36,673 bases of DNA from an uncultured virus (IMG/VR IMGVR_UViG_2061766007_004331) (IMGVR_UViG_2061766007_004331), one strand, 5' to 3'. Positions 20,901-29,416 are shown, counted from the first letter of the stretch. A program made the numbers and translations. Notes: generated from the letters alone by a model not told the origin.

Positions 20901-23383
20901 GTGTCGATGAGCTCCTGGATCCGGACCTTGTCCTTGTCAGAAAGGTTTTTGTTTTGACGGCGCTTGAGCAGCGAGGTCATCTCTTTGTCGATGCTGTCCA
21001 GCTGCTTGAGGTCAGCGCCCATCTGGGAGGACAAAGAGGTGTAACCGTTTTTATCGNNNNNNNNNNCCCGGGTCGTACCGGTCAGGGATTTCCAGGAATC
21101 CTGCCATTGTTTGACGATGTCGTTGGTCTCGCGTTTTCCGTCAGACCAGACGGCAATCATGCCGCTCATCCACTGCGCGGCGGTCTGCTTTTCTTCCTCG
21201 GCCTGCTTAACGAAGTCATCCTTGGACATACCAAAGAAGGACAGCCCTTCGCTCTTGCCGTAGAAGGTTTCGGCAGCAGTATTCTTCCAGTTCTCCGCCG
21301 TTTCCTGGAGCCCTTTCAGGGCCTCTCTGGTGGCCTTAGCGCCCGACAGATAGTCTGCCAGGGCAACGGTTCCCACGACTACTGCAGCGGCCACNNNNNN
21401 NNNNCGGAGAACCCACCGCCGGCTTTCCCGACGGCTGTGGCGAAGGTGCCAATGACGGATGTGACCTTGCCGACTCCGGTGCTCAGCTTGCCAAAGACAA
21501 GAATGGCTGGCCCAATGGCGGCNNNNNNNNNNNNNNNNNNNNNNNNNNNNNNNNNNNNNNNNNNNNNNNNNNNNNNNNNTTCCGACCCCATCAATGATCT
21601 GGTTGATCATCGGGGAAAGGTCTGAGCCAATGGTCTGGGCAAAGAGAACTGCCTTATTCTTCAGGTTGGTCAGTCGGCTCTCGGTGGTAGCGTAGCGCTT
21701 GTTTGCTTCTGTGGTCAGAGCGGTATTCTTTTTCCAGGCATTCCTTGCAGTGACTTGGGTTTTGGAGAATAGCTCTGTCGCATTCGTGGCACGGAGCAAG
21801 GTGTCGCGCAGACGTATTTCGGAGATGCCGATATCGTTCAGGGTAGCGATGGCGCTGACGCCCTGCTCATCCATTCTGGAAAGCCCGGTGATGAAAGCCT
21901 GGAAGGCGGCAGCAGGATCGTTCTCCCAGATATTCTTGAACTGGGCAGAGGTCATGCCGGAAACCATGGCGAAGTCATCCAAAGCTTCACCGCCGGTGGC
22001 AGCGGCGACCTCCATTTTGACCAGGGCTTTGGAGAAGGCGGAGCCACCCATCTGTGCCTCAATACCGACNNNNNNNNNNAGAATCTCAGCTTCTGACAGG
22101 CCGACCTGCTTGCCTGCGCCTGCCAGTCGGAGGGACATGGCCATGATCTCGGATTCGGTGGTGGCGTAGTTATTACCGAGATCAACCAGTGTGGAACCGA
22201 GGTTCTGAAAGTGGCTCTGACTCATGCCCATGATATTGGCAAAACGTGCAGCCTGAGAGGCCGCTTCGTCAGCCTGCATGTTGGTGGAGTTGCCCAGGTC
22301 GATCATGGTCCGGGCAAACTCCATGAGATGGCTGTTCTCGATGCCCAGCTGACCGGCTGTTTCAACCACAGAGGCAATGTCCGTGGTGGATGCTGCCACC
22401 TCCGTGCTCATCTGTTTAATGGATCCGGCCAGCTCATCGAACTCAGCCTCGGAAGCGTCGACGGTTTTCCGGACACCGGCAAAGGCGGACTCAAACTCCA
22501 CGGATGCTTTCACCGCACCGGTGGCCAGACCGAGAATAGGCGTGGTCACGGTGGTAGTCAGGGATTTNNNNNNNNNNGCCGGTGGCCAGACCGAGAATAG
22601 GCGTGGTCACGGTGGTAGTCAGGGATTTGCCGATCTGTGTGGCACTCTTGCCGACCTTTTCCGCTTTTTTCGAGAAATCCTCCAGGGCTTTCCCTGCGGC
22701 AGTCCAGGCGGACTGAGCGGTCTTCAGCTCCTGGTTGGTCTGTTTGATGGCGGCTTCCGTTTCCTTGACAGCGGCCTGGGCCTTGTTCAGCTGGGACTGC
22801 GCCGTTGAGACGGCGTCAGCGGCATTCTGGGTGGAGCGCTGCAGAGCGTTGTTCTGTCCGGCGAGCTTCTCTACTTCGGCAGTCGCTTCGGCGTACTCCT
22901 GCTGTGCCGCTTCCATGTTCTGTTTGGCGGCGATGGTGGCGGAGTTCNNNNNNNNNNNNNNNNNNNNNNNNNNNNNNNNNNNNNNNNNNNNNNNNNNNNN
23001 NNNNNNNNNNNNNNNNNNNNNNNNNNNNNNNNNNNNNNNNNNNNNNNNNNNNNNNNNNNNNNNNNNNNNNNNNNNNNNNNNNNNNNNNNNNNNNNNNNNN
23101 NNNNNNNNNNNNNNNNNNNNNNNNNNNNNNNNNNNNNNNNNNNNNNNNNNNNNNNNNNNNNNNNNNNNNNNNNNNNNNNNNNNNNNNNNNNNNNNNNNNN
23201 NNNNNNNNNNNNNNNNNNNNNNNNNNNNNNNNNNNNNNNNNNNNNNNNNNNNNNNNNNNNNNNNNNNNNNNNNNNNNNNNNNNNNNNNNNNNNNNNNNNN
23301 NNNNNNNNNNNNNNNNNNNNNNNNNNNNNNNNNNNNNNNNNNNNNNNNNNNNNNNNNNNNNNNNNNNNNNNNNNATCAGCCAA
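17914..23383 (-). CDS. Tape measure protein (TP901-type core), reconstructed across gaps
   Basis: TTG at 23383 after GGAGGTG. FESAFAGVRKT, AGQLGI and LGNNYATTESEI motifs, ISSPSRVF near the C-terminus, ending ...RGKGLRMA* at 17914. The N-terminal piece is misplaced at 25877-26225 and a foreign fragment sits at 18062-18193. Confidence 0.9.
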
Positions 23384-23416
23384 TGGGGTTCACCTCCAAT
23401 AGACACAACAAATGGC

Positions 23417-23445
23417 TTGATAAATATGGTGTTATGATTTATAAT
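23417..23445 (+). promoter_or_regulatory. Sigma-70/SigA promoter of the antisense moron
   Basis: TTGATA-17 nt-TATAAT, upstream of the GAGGAG RBS of 23478. Confidence 0.8.
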
Positions 23446-23477
23446 CGAGGTAGAGAAACAGGAGAGGAGGAGCATGG

Positions 23478-23792
23478 ATGCCTAACGAAGAAATTATGCA
23501 GATGAAGGATCGTATCGTCAGTCAATTGTCTCCTCTTCAGGTTTACCTTTTTGGTTCATACGCTTATGGCACGCCTGGGCCTGACAGCGATTACGATTTC
23601 TATATCGTTGTGGATGATCAGCACACGGACTGGCATGCACAGACTGTGAAAGCGTATAAGGCCATTCGCTCTATCAGAACAAAGCCTGTCGATATTCTGG
23701 TTGGAACAAAGAGCAACTTTGAAAAGCGAAAAACTTATTCTTCGATTGAGCGGGAAGTCGCACGGAATGGAGTTTTGCTTTATGGGAGATAA
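23478..23792 (+). CDS. Minimal nucleotidyltransferase (MNT, pol-beta superfamily)
   Basis: YLFGSYAYG....DSDYDF and a downstream VDI, 104 aa. Confidence 0.88.
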   Translation: MPNEEIMQMKDRIVSQLSPLQVYLFGSYAYGTPGPDSDYDFYIVVDDQHTDWHAQTVKAYKAIRSIRTKPVDILVGTKSNFEKRKTYSSIEREVARNGVLLYGR

Positions 23793-23850
23793 CTCTCCCA
23801 GGTATAATAGGCTTTGTAAGCTTTTTGTAAAGCAGGAAGGTGAGGCATGA

Positions 23851-24063
23851 ATGATCGATGAGATTTTGTTCATGGAGACACGGCTTCTGAGACAGTTTGG
23901 CGAAAAGTTCCATATTGATCATCTCAAAACGAATGAGCTCTTTACCAAGTACCATGTTTGGGAATACATCGAAAAATGCTATGACTATTTTCATACATGC
24001 GGAGATGACTATATCCTGGATGACATAACCAAGGTGTTACAGGCGAAAGGCGCGGTAGTATGA
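23851..24063 (+). CDS. DUF3791-like small protein (putative antitoxin)
   Basis: LF.KY.VWEYI..CYD.FH..G..YI..DI motif. The stop overlaps the next ATG (ATGA). Confidence 0.7.
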   Translation: MIDEILFMETRLLRQFGEKFHIDHLKTNELFTKYHVWEYIEKCYDYFHTCGDDYILDDITKVLQAKGAVV

Positions 24064-24635
24064 AGCTCACAGATGGAATGCTTCTTTTTCATGGAAGCTA
24101 TACCGCGGTGGAACACATCGATTTGAATCAATGTGCTGCTGGAAAGGACTTTGGGAAGGGTTTTTATCTGACTTCCGATATGAATCAGGCAAAGAGCTTC
24201 ATTCGGTCCGTTCTTGAAAGAGCGCGCGCCAGAGGTGTGATACCGATTGAACAACAGTTTGGGTTTGTGTCTTCATACAGATTCCGAATGCCTCCGGAAG
24301 ATTTGACGGTTCATGAATTTCAAACTGCGGATAAGGAATGGCTGTGGTTTATTGCCAATAACAGACGCAGACGGCTAGCATCGCTTTTACCCCAGCAAAG
24401 TGGCAGAGTCAGCGAATCAGACATAGTCATTGGTAAAGTTGCGAACGATAATACAAATCCGGTGATAACAACCTATCTGAATGGTTTGTATGGTGATATT
24501 CAATCAGAGGAAGCTGTTGACGAAGCCATCAGACGCTTGATACCTGATCATTTGGTTGACCAGTATTGTTTTTTGACGGAGAGGGCTATCAGCAGCCTTG
24601 TTTTCCAGGAAGCGAGGAAATATGTTATCAAATAG
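24060..24635 (+). CDS. DUF3990-like protein, predicted ADP-ribosyltransferase fold
   Basis: LFHGS, KDFGKGFYLT...QA, EWL.FI..NR, DIVIGKVAND and DQYCF motifs. Confidence 0.8.
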   Translation: MKLTDGMLLFHGSYTAVEHIDLNQCAAGKDFGKGFYLTSDMNQAKSFIRSVLERARARGVIPIEQQFGFVSSYRFRMPPEDLTVHEFQTADKEWLWFIANNRRRRLASLLPQQSGRVSESDIVIGKVANDNTNPVITTYLNGLYGDIQSEEAVDEAIRRLIPDHLVDQYCFLTERAISSLVFQEARKYVIK

Positions 24636-24861
24636 CAATCCATCGGTTGATGTTATGAGCACATGCGCTGACATGATTTTAGCGAATGCGATTGAAGATA
24701 TGGCTGACGATGAAGGAATTTCCATATCAGAAGCAAGACAGCGGCTAATAACATCGGAAGCATATCAATGCTTATATGATTTCAATTCGAAGCTATGGAT
24801 GGAAGGGCCTGATTATTTCAGGGATTTCTATAAAAAATGTGAAGTGAATAAGACGCATTGA
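24622..24861 (+). CDS. Small helical partner of the DUF3990-like protein
   Basis: S.AY..LYD....LW.EGPDY motif. Overlaps the upstream stop. Confidence 0.65.
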   Translation: MLSNSNPSVDVMSTCADMILANAIEDMADDEGISISEARQRLITSEAYQCLYDFNSKLWMEGPDYFRDFYKKCEVNKTH

Positions 24862-24971
24862 ATCTTCAACATACCACATGATTGCTTGTTGACAAAGAGG
24901 ATGACCTCCTAGCGCTTTGTTAGCTGGGTGTACGGGTAAACGTGGGATCATCCTCTTTCCGTTTATAAAAA

Positions 24972-25220
24972 CTACGGCTTAAGTCCCGGCCACACCTTGT
25001 CAATGGTGCTGCGCCGGGACTCTTGCTTTTTGGCCTTCCGCTTCACGTTCCAGGCACGGACGCGCAGAAAACCGAGAATGTCCATCTCATCGATCTCCCG
25101 CATCCGCCACCCGCCCTCAAGCAGGGTGTTATAGGTCGAATAGATAAAGTCCGGCAGCGTTAGGATCTCTCCGGAGGTAGTGTCTCCTCCGTCTTTTCCT
25201 CCGCTGCCTTCGTAGGGAAC
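24972..25220 (-). CDS. gpT-like extension reached by a probable -1 frameshift
   Basis: The -1 frame is open across the gpG stop (ILTLPDFIYSTYNTLLEGGWRMREIDEMDILGFL...WPGLKP*) and has no start of its own before the conserved-looking part. Confidence 0.7.
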   Translation of the reverse strand, partial: VPYEGSGGKDGGDTTSGEILTLPDFIYSTYNTLLEGGWRMREIDEMDILGFLRVRAWNVKRKAKKQESRRSTIDKVWPGLKP

Positions 25221-25546
25221 TCGTCCAGGATCTCCGTGGTCTGGGTCTGGACGGCCATAAGCGCCAGCGCAATGTCGTGCATCAGGCGATCCACGGGATA
25301 GCCATCCAGGACATCGTCCGGCGTGAATTGATTATTGAACAGCAGGCAGAACCAGCGGATCATCTCGTCCATGGCTCCCTGAATGGTCAGGTGCTCATCC
25401 TGTGGAATGTCCTCTCCTTTCGCCGCGGCATTGGCGATGGCGACAATCCGACTGTACATCTTGGCGGCAGGCTCCATTTCGCGAAGCGCTCGGCCGGAGA
25501 TAAAGTCTACGGTGTAGGTTTTGTCCTTGAGCTTGCAGGTAATCAT
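25160..25546 (-). CDS. Tail assembly chaperone (gpG-like)
   Basis: ATG at 25546 (MITCKLKDKTY...LFNNQFTPDDVLDGY) after GGAGG, positioned between major tail and TMP. Confidence 0.75.
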   Translation of the reverse strand: MITCKLKDKTYTVDFISGRALREMEPAAKMYSRIVAIANAAAKGEDIPQDEHLTIQGAMDEMIRWFCLLFNNQFTPDDVLDGYPVDRLMHDIALALMAVQTQTTEILDEFPTKAAEEKTEETLPPERS

Positions 25547-26271
25547 CCGTTGGTTCCCTCCATCATGTTGATCCACTGATCCAGATATTTGAGCAGGATG
25601 CCGTCTTCGATACAGGGGTAAGGCTCTCCCTGACCTTCCATCCCATGCAGCAGGGAAGCGATGCAAGCCCGCACCTGTTCCATGGTCAGTTCATTGACGT
25701 CCTTTTCTTTACAGCTTTCATAGACCGCATCATTATCCTGCGTATACAGGAAATCGCTGTCCGCCTTGACCGCAGCCTCCCAGGCTCGCCAGCAGTTGTC
25801 CCGGACATGGCCGGGGTGCTTGCCGGTGGAAGGCAGCTGCAGCCGAAGATAGTCAGCGCTGGCATGNNNNNNNNNNGAACGGTGGCGACCTGGACCTCCA
25901 TGGCGAGGTCATTCTGTTTGGCTTTGGCATCCGCCAGTCTGGACGAGTAGTCCTGCTGCCGGGTGTAGCACTCTGTGAGCTTTTCGGAGGCGGCCTGCAA
26001 TGCTTTTTCATACTGGCCGACGGCGTCCTTCTGGAGGGACAGCTTACGTTCCAGCATTTCCAGCTTGGAGGACAGACCTGCCGTGGAACTGTCGAAGCCC
26101 TGAACCCCGGCCGATGCCAGCTTGAAGTAGGATTCCGCTTCCTGGATCTGCTTGTTGACGGACTTGATGTTCCGGGTAAAGTTATCCGTGTTCAGCGACA
26201 GCGATACGACCAGGTCGCGCAGGGANNNNNNNNNNGCTTTCCGTACGTATGAGGTTATCCGTTGGCAGCAT
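25543..26271 (-). CDS. Second, divergent DUF6508-like protein (split by a misplaced contig at 25877-26225)
   Basis: ATG at 26271 after AAGGAG (MLPTDNLIRTES). Resumes at 25866 as HASADYLRL...KDVNELTMEQVRACIASLLH...CIEDGILLKYLDQW...G*. The stop overlaps the chaperone ATG. Missed by the ORF track. Confidence 0.6.
25877..26225 (-). other. Misplaced N-terminal fragment of the tape measure gene
   Basis: Encodes SLRDLVVSLSLNTDNFTRNIKSVNKQI..., a typical TMP start. Flanked by 10-N spacers and fits inside the 427-N gap at 22948-23374 right after MAD. Confidence 0.85.
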
Positions 26272-26623
26272 GCTTCTTCTCCTTCTCGTACAATACCAGC
26301 CAGCGCCGGAGCAGGGCTTCCAGCTTGCCGTTCTGGATGTGAGCGTCGATGCAGCCTTCCTGGGTGCGGTCGGTGCAGATGATCATGGTGAGGAAGGAGA
26401 GGACTTCCGCCTCGCTCAAGTGATCGAGATGCTTACGCTTAAGGGCAGGGAAACGGCTGCGGTAATCCTCATCCCAGATACCGCCGTGATAGACGAAATG
26501 TACGATGCGGCAGACAGCTTCATCCTTGATCCAATGGACATTGTGTTCGGTTTCCAGGTAATGCTGGACCTCCTCGCGCATGTCTTCCTTGTTATAAACC
26601 TTAATGTTCTTGATATCGCTCAT
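26255..26623 (-). CDS. DUF6508-like protein (candidate immunity / ADP-ribose-related)
   Basis: LS..EVLSFLT.I...DR..EG......I.NG.L..LL.R motif. AAGGAG RBS directly after the ART stop. Confidence 0.7.
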   Translation of the reverse strand: MSDIKNIKVYNKEDMREEVQHYLETEHNVHWIKDEAVCRIVHFVYHGGIWDEDYRSRFPALKRKHLDHLSEAEVLSFLTMIICTDRTQEGCIDAHIQNGKLEALLRRWLVLYEKEKKHAANG

Positions 26624-26641
26624 GGGATTCTCCTTCTGTCA

Positions 26642-27316
26642 TTACTTGTGGGGCTTTCTGGTTGGCAACGCTTCCAGTACCAGCTCTCGGATTCGACCTC
26701 CGCTGCCGGTCTTGATGGCATGCACCCTGAACTCGGTATCGCGATTGAACAGGAACTCTTTCTCACCACGGTTGGCGGAGATTGGGTCAACGTACATGCC
26801 GCGGACACCTTTGTTGACGAAGATGGTGTAGTTGACATCGGCGGACCAGGAGCTGTCCTGATGCGTGCCGGAGGACATGAAGCCCTTGTCCACGACGGTC
26901 TTTCCAATCTTCGATTTCAGGAAGGCGGCGTTGGACATCTGAGCCTCTGACCCGCCCAGCAGGTTGGCTGTCCAGTGCAGATTCGCCCCACGGAAGGTGA
27001 CCACATCGTCCGCTGCCTCAAACTTATCCAGACCGGCTGTCGCTCCAGCAATATAGTTGGCCACACTGGAATCAGGCATATCTTCTCGCAGGGAAGTGTT
27101 CATGTCCGAATACCAGTAGCTGGTGTACTGATAGATGCCGTTGCGCTCCTCACTGCTCAGCATGTTATCCCACTTGTTCCGGTCAAAGTTGGCTGCCATG
27201 TGATAGGCCTCCGCTTCCCGCTGGGTGGCAAATTGCATAAAGCGTGCCTGGTAATGGGGCATTCTTCCAAAGAAGCCCGGCCCTCCGCCATGGGAGGACG
27301 ATCCTCTTGTTCCTAT
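26642..27316 (-). CDS. VIP2/ExoS-like (R-S-E clade) mono-ADP-ribosyltransferase
   Basis: YT...Y..MN..LR, TFRG (R), KGFMSSG (S) and GEKEFL (ExE). Probable start is ATA at 27316. The first in-frame ATG is 27262. Confidence 0.88.
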   Translation of the reverse strand: MGTRGSSSHGGGPGFFGRMPHYQARFMQFATQREAEAYHMAANFDRNKWDNMLSSEERNGIYQYTSYWYSDMNTSLREDMPDSSVANYIAGATAGLDKFEAADDVVTFRGANLHWTANLLGGSEAQMSNAAFLKSKIGKTVVDKGFMSSGTHQDSSWSADVNYTIFVNKGVRGMYVDPISANRGEKEFLFNRDTEFRVHAIKTGSGGRIRELVLEALPTRKPHK

Positions 27317-27322
27317 AGCCCA

Positions 27323-27973
27323 TCACCTCGCTCGGTCAGCAAAGGAGCGTTTGCTGGTGAAGGTCTCATAGTAAGGGCGGTAATGTTCAATATTGCCCTG
27401 GCACTCATCCGGCACATCGCCGAAAAAGATGATCTTGTCGGGCTGCAGGCGGGAGAGCATTTCGTGGAAGCCGGTAGTGAACATATTTCTTGCTTCCCGA
27501 TTTTTCATAACGCCGACTGAGGACACAGCGACAGTGCTGCCGACAGGCTCTCCATCAAAGCACCAATCATAACTGTCTTGTCCGATCCATCCGACCGTGG
27601 GAATGACGGTCATGCCCATTGACTGCCAGTAAGCCGCCAGGAGATGCTTACGCCAGTGGTTGTAGATCTGGACGGCCACAGGATAGTCGGCAAACATAGA
27701 AAAGTCCGGCGACATGACCGCCGGAAACTGGGAAAGGAAAAGAGCATAGCGCTTGGGATCGTGCCATGCCCTTTGAAAGAGGTAATCGTCGATAAAGAAG
27801 TGGACGCCGAAGCGGTCCTTGTGAGGCTCCCTGAGCGCATGATTAAACCGGATCCATTCCAGACGTTTGTCCAGATGGACAGGCTGGATAACAGGGATGC
27901 CGTAGGGACCGGCGAGCTTGGTGACGCCCAGCTCAAGGTTGTGCCCGTTACGCTTTAAGGCTTCCAGCGACAT
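27323..27973 (-). CDS. DUF4417-family protein
   Basis: GVHFFIDDYLF..W..P, SPDFS...D.P...QIYN.W, G..VIPTV.W, WCFDGEP and VAVSSVG motifs. ATG at 27973 follows GGAGGTG. Confidence 0.85.
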   Translation of the reverse strand: MSLEALKRNGHNLELGVTKLAGPYGIPVIQPVHLDKRLEWIRFNHALREPHKDRFGVHFFIDDYLFQRAWHDPKRYALFLSQFPAVMSPDFSMFADYPVAVQIYNHWRKHLLAAYWQSMGMTVIPTVGWIGQDSYDWCFDGEPVGSTVAVSSVGVMKNREARNMFTTGFHEMLSRLQPDKIIFFGDVPDECQGNIEHYRPYYETFTSKRSFADRAR

Positions 27974-27992
27974 CCCTATCACCTCCCGTCAA

Positions 27993-28610
27993 TCAGCCAC
28001 CGGTGGTGGTGAAGGTCGGATCGTAGACAGAGGTCAGGAAGGTCGCGGCCTTGGCGGCGGTGAAGCCGTTCTCGTCCTCGTCGGCGACGGCCTGGTAGCG
28101 GGCGTCATGCGTCCGCTTAATGGCGGTGAACTCCACCTCAGGATTCTGACGGTTGATCGTGTCGCCTTCCTTGGTGGCGAAGTTCTCGGTGAGGGGCTTG
28201 GCACGAACCTTGTAAAGCCAGACATAGCGGTACTTGCCGTTGGACTTTTCGCTCTTGAAGCCGACGGCGAAGTAGGGCGGCTTGTCCTGCGAGGTACGGA
28301 TCAGGACACCGTTGTCGTCGATCTTGTTGGCGAATATCATCTCCTGGATGAGCAACGGGATGTCCGCCATCTTGAGCTTGAAGTCGATGTTCGGGTCGGC
28401 ATAGAGGGTGTCGAACTCGATGTCATCCGCGTAAAGAATGTCGGGATCGGCATTGTCCGGAGTGACGCTCGCCTCAATCGCGCCAGCCAGAAGCTGCAGG
28501 TCGCCATAGCTGTGACCGGCCTCAGTGTCGGTCAGCAGCGGAGCGATGACGACGTTTTTCAGACCGATCGTCGAGGATACGGTCGGGGAAGCGGCGGGAG
28601 TATCTGCCAT
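27993..28610 (-). CDS. Major tail protein (phi13 family)
   Basis: IGLKN...A, LYADD, PPYFAVGFKS and YRYVWLYK motifs. Confidence 0.92.
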   Translation of the reverse strand: MADTPAASPTVSSTIGLKNVVIAPLLTDTEAGHSYGDLQLLAGAIEASVTPDNADPDILYADDIEFDTLYADPNIDFKLKMADIPLLIQEMIFANKIDDNGVLIRTSQDKPPYFAVGFKSEKSNGKYRYVWLYKVRAKPLTENFATKEGDTINRQNPEVEFTAIKRTHDARYQAVADEDENGFTAAKAATFLTSVYDPTFTTTGG

Positions 28611-28627
28611 TGNNNNNNNNNNGAGGA

Positions 28628-29051
28628 CTATTTGCTCCTCAGCTCGTCAGCCAGGCCACTGCGGATGATACCGAAGGCCTGGTCCTGGGTGGTATCGAAA
28701 GCGGGTCGAACGTAAGGGTGAGCGGGCGCGGGACCGGGACCGCCGTGGCCGTACTCGACATAGGCGGGATAGTANNNNNNNNNNGTCTTTCCGGTGCACG
28801 CCGATCGTGATCTGCATGCCGGTGGTCTTTCTTTTCTTGGGTTTACCGGTCGAGATCGCGCCGTGCAGTTTGTTGGTGATAATCTTGGGGTCGCTGCTGG
28901 CATTCGCTTTCATCTGCGCTTCGACAGGCACTGCCGCTGCGGTGAGGATGCGGCGTGCTGCCGGAGCGCCTTCGTTGGCGGTATCCAGGGCGGCGGCCAT
29001 CCGGCTGATGTCTCCAATCAGCTCAGAGAAGCCCTTGGTATCAATCGGCAT
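28628..29051 (-). CDS. HK97 gp10-like neck/tail protein
   Basis: YVEYGH...PAHPYVRPAFD C-terminal motif. ATG at 29051 after GGAGG. Spans a 10-N gap. Confidence 0.8.
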
Positions 29052-29062
29052 GGGGTCACCTC

Positions 29063-29416
29063 CTACACCGGCTCCGCGATGCACCAGGTCCATTGGACGG
29101 TGTATTGCCGGGTGGCGGTGTCGTAGGCTGGCTGGTTGTAGCCCTTGTCGGACTCTTCCACCATGCCGAAACCGGCGTCATACATGGCCTGCCGGATCCT
29201 GTAGCGCATCTCGGTTGGGTCAATGTCCGACCACAGGTTGAGGTAGACGTAGGTGCGATAGATGCTGGGATGGTCATCTTCGTGGGCCGCCTCCACCGTG
29301 GTCGTGGAATAGACGCAGTACTGTAGCGGTGCGTTCTGGTCCCGGCCGGGAGCACGCCAGACACCAGCGTAAACAGGAATTCCGATATCCTTGAGGGCTT
29401 GCTGTACCTGTTTCAT
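29063..29416 (-). CDS. Putative tail terminator/completion protein
   Basis: MKQVQQALKDIGIPVY...LNLWS...M.DAGF. Size and position in the neck module fit. ATGA overlap with the closure gene. Confidence 0.7.
   Translation of the reverse strand: MKQVQQALKDIGIPVYAGVWRAPGRDQNAPLQYCVYSTTTVEAAHEDDHPSIYRTYVYLNLWSDIDPTEMRYRIRQAMYDAGFGMVEESDKGYNQPAYDTATRQYTVQWTWCIAEPV

Noticed and set aside
22516..22628. Direct repeat of about 50 bp in TMP; considered as att site, CRISPR repeat or target duplication
   Set aside because: The two copies flank a 10-N gap, indicating an unmerged contig overlap.
25877..26225. Apparent split or rearranged tape measure gene
   Set aside because: It is flanked by 10-N spacers and fits the 427-N gap after the TMP start codon, so it is a scaffolding error.
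27180..27323. Short ORF from the ATG overlapping the DUF4417 stop (MGYRNKRIV...)
   Set aside because: It is out of frame with the ART, ends after about 46 codons and has no spaced RBS or motif. It is not called as a gene, though it may influence ART translation.
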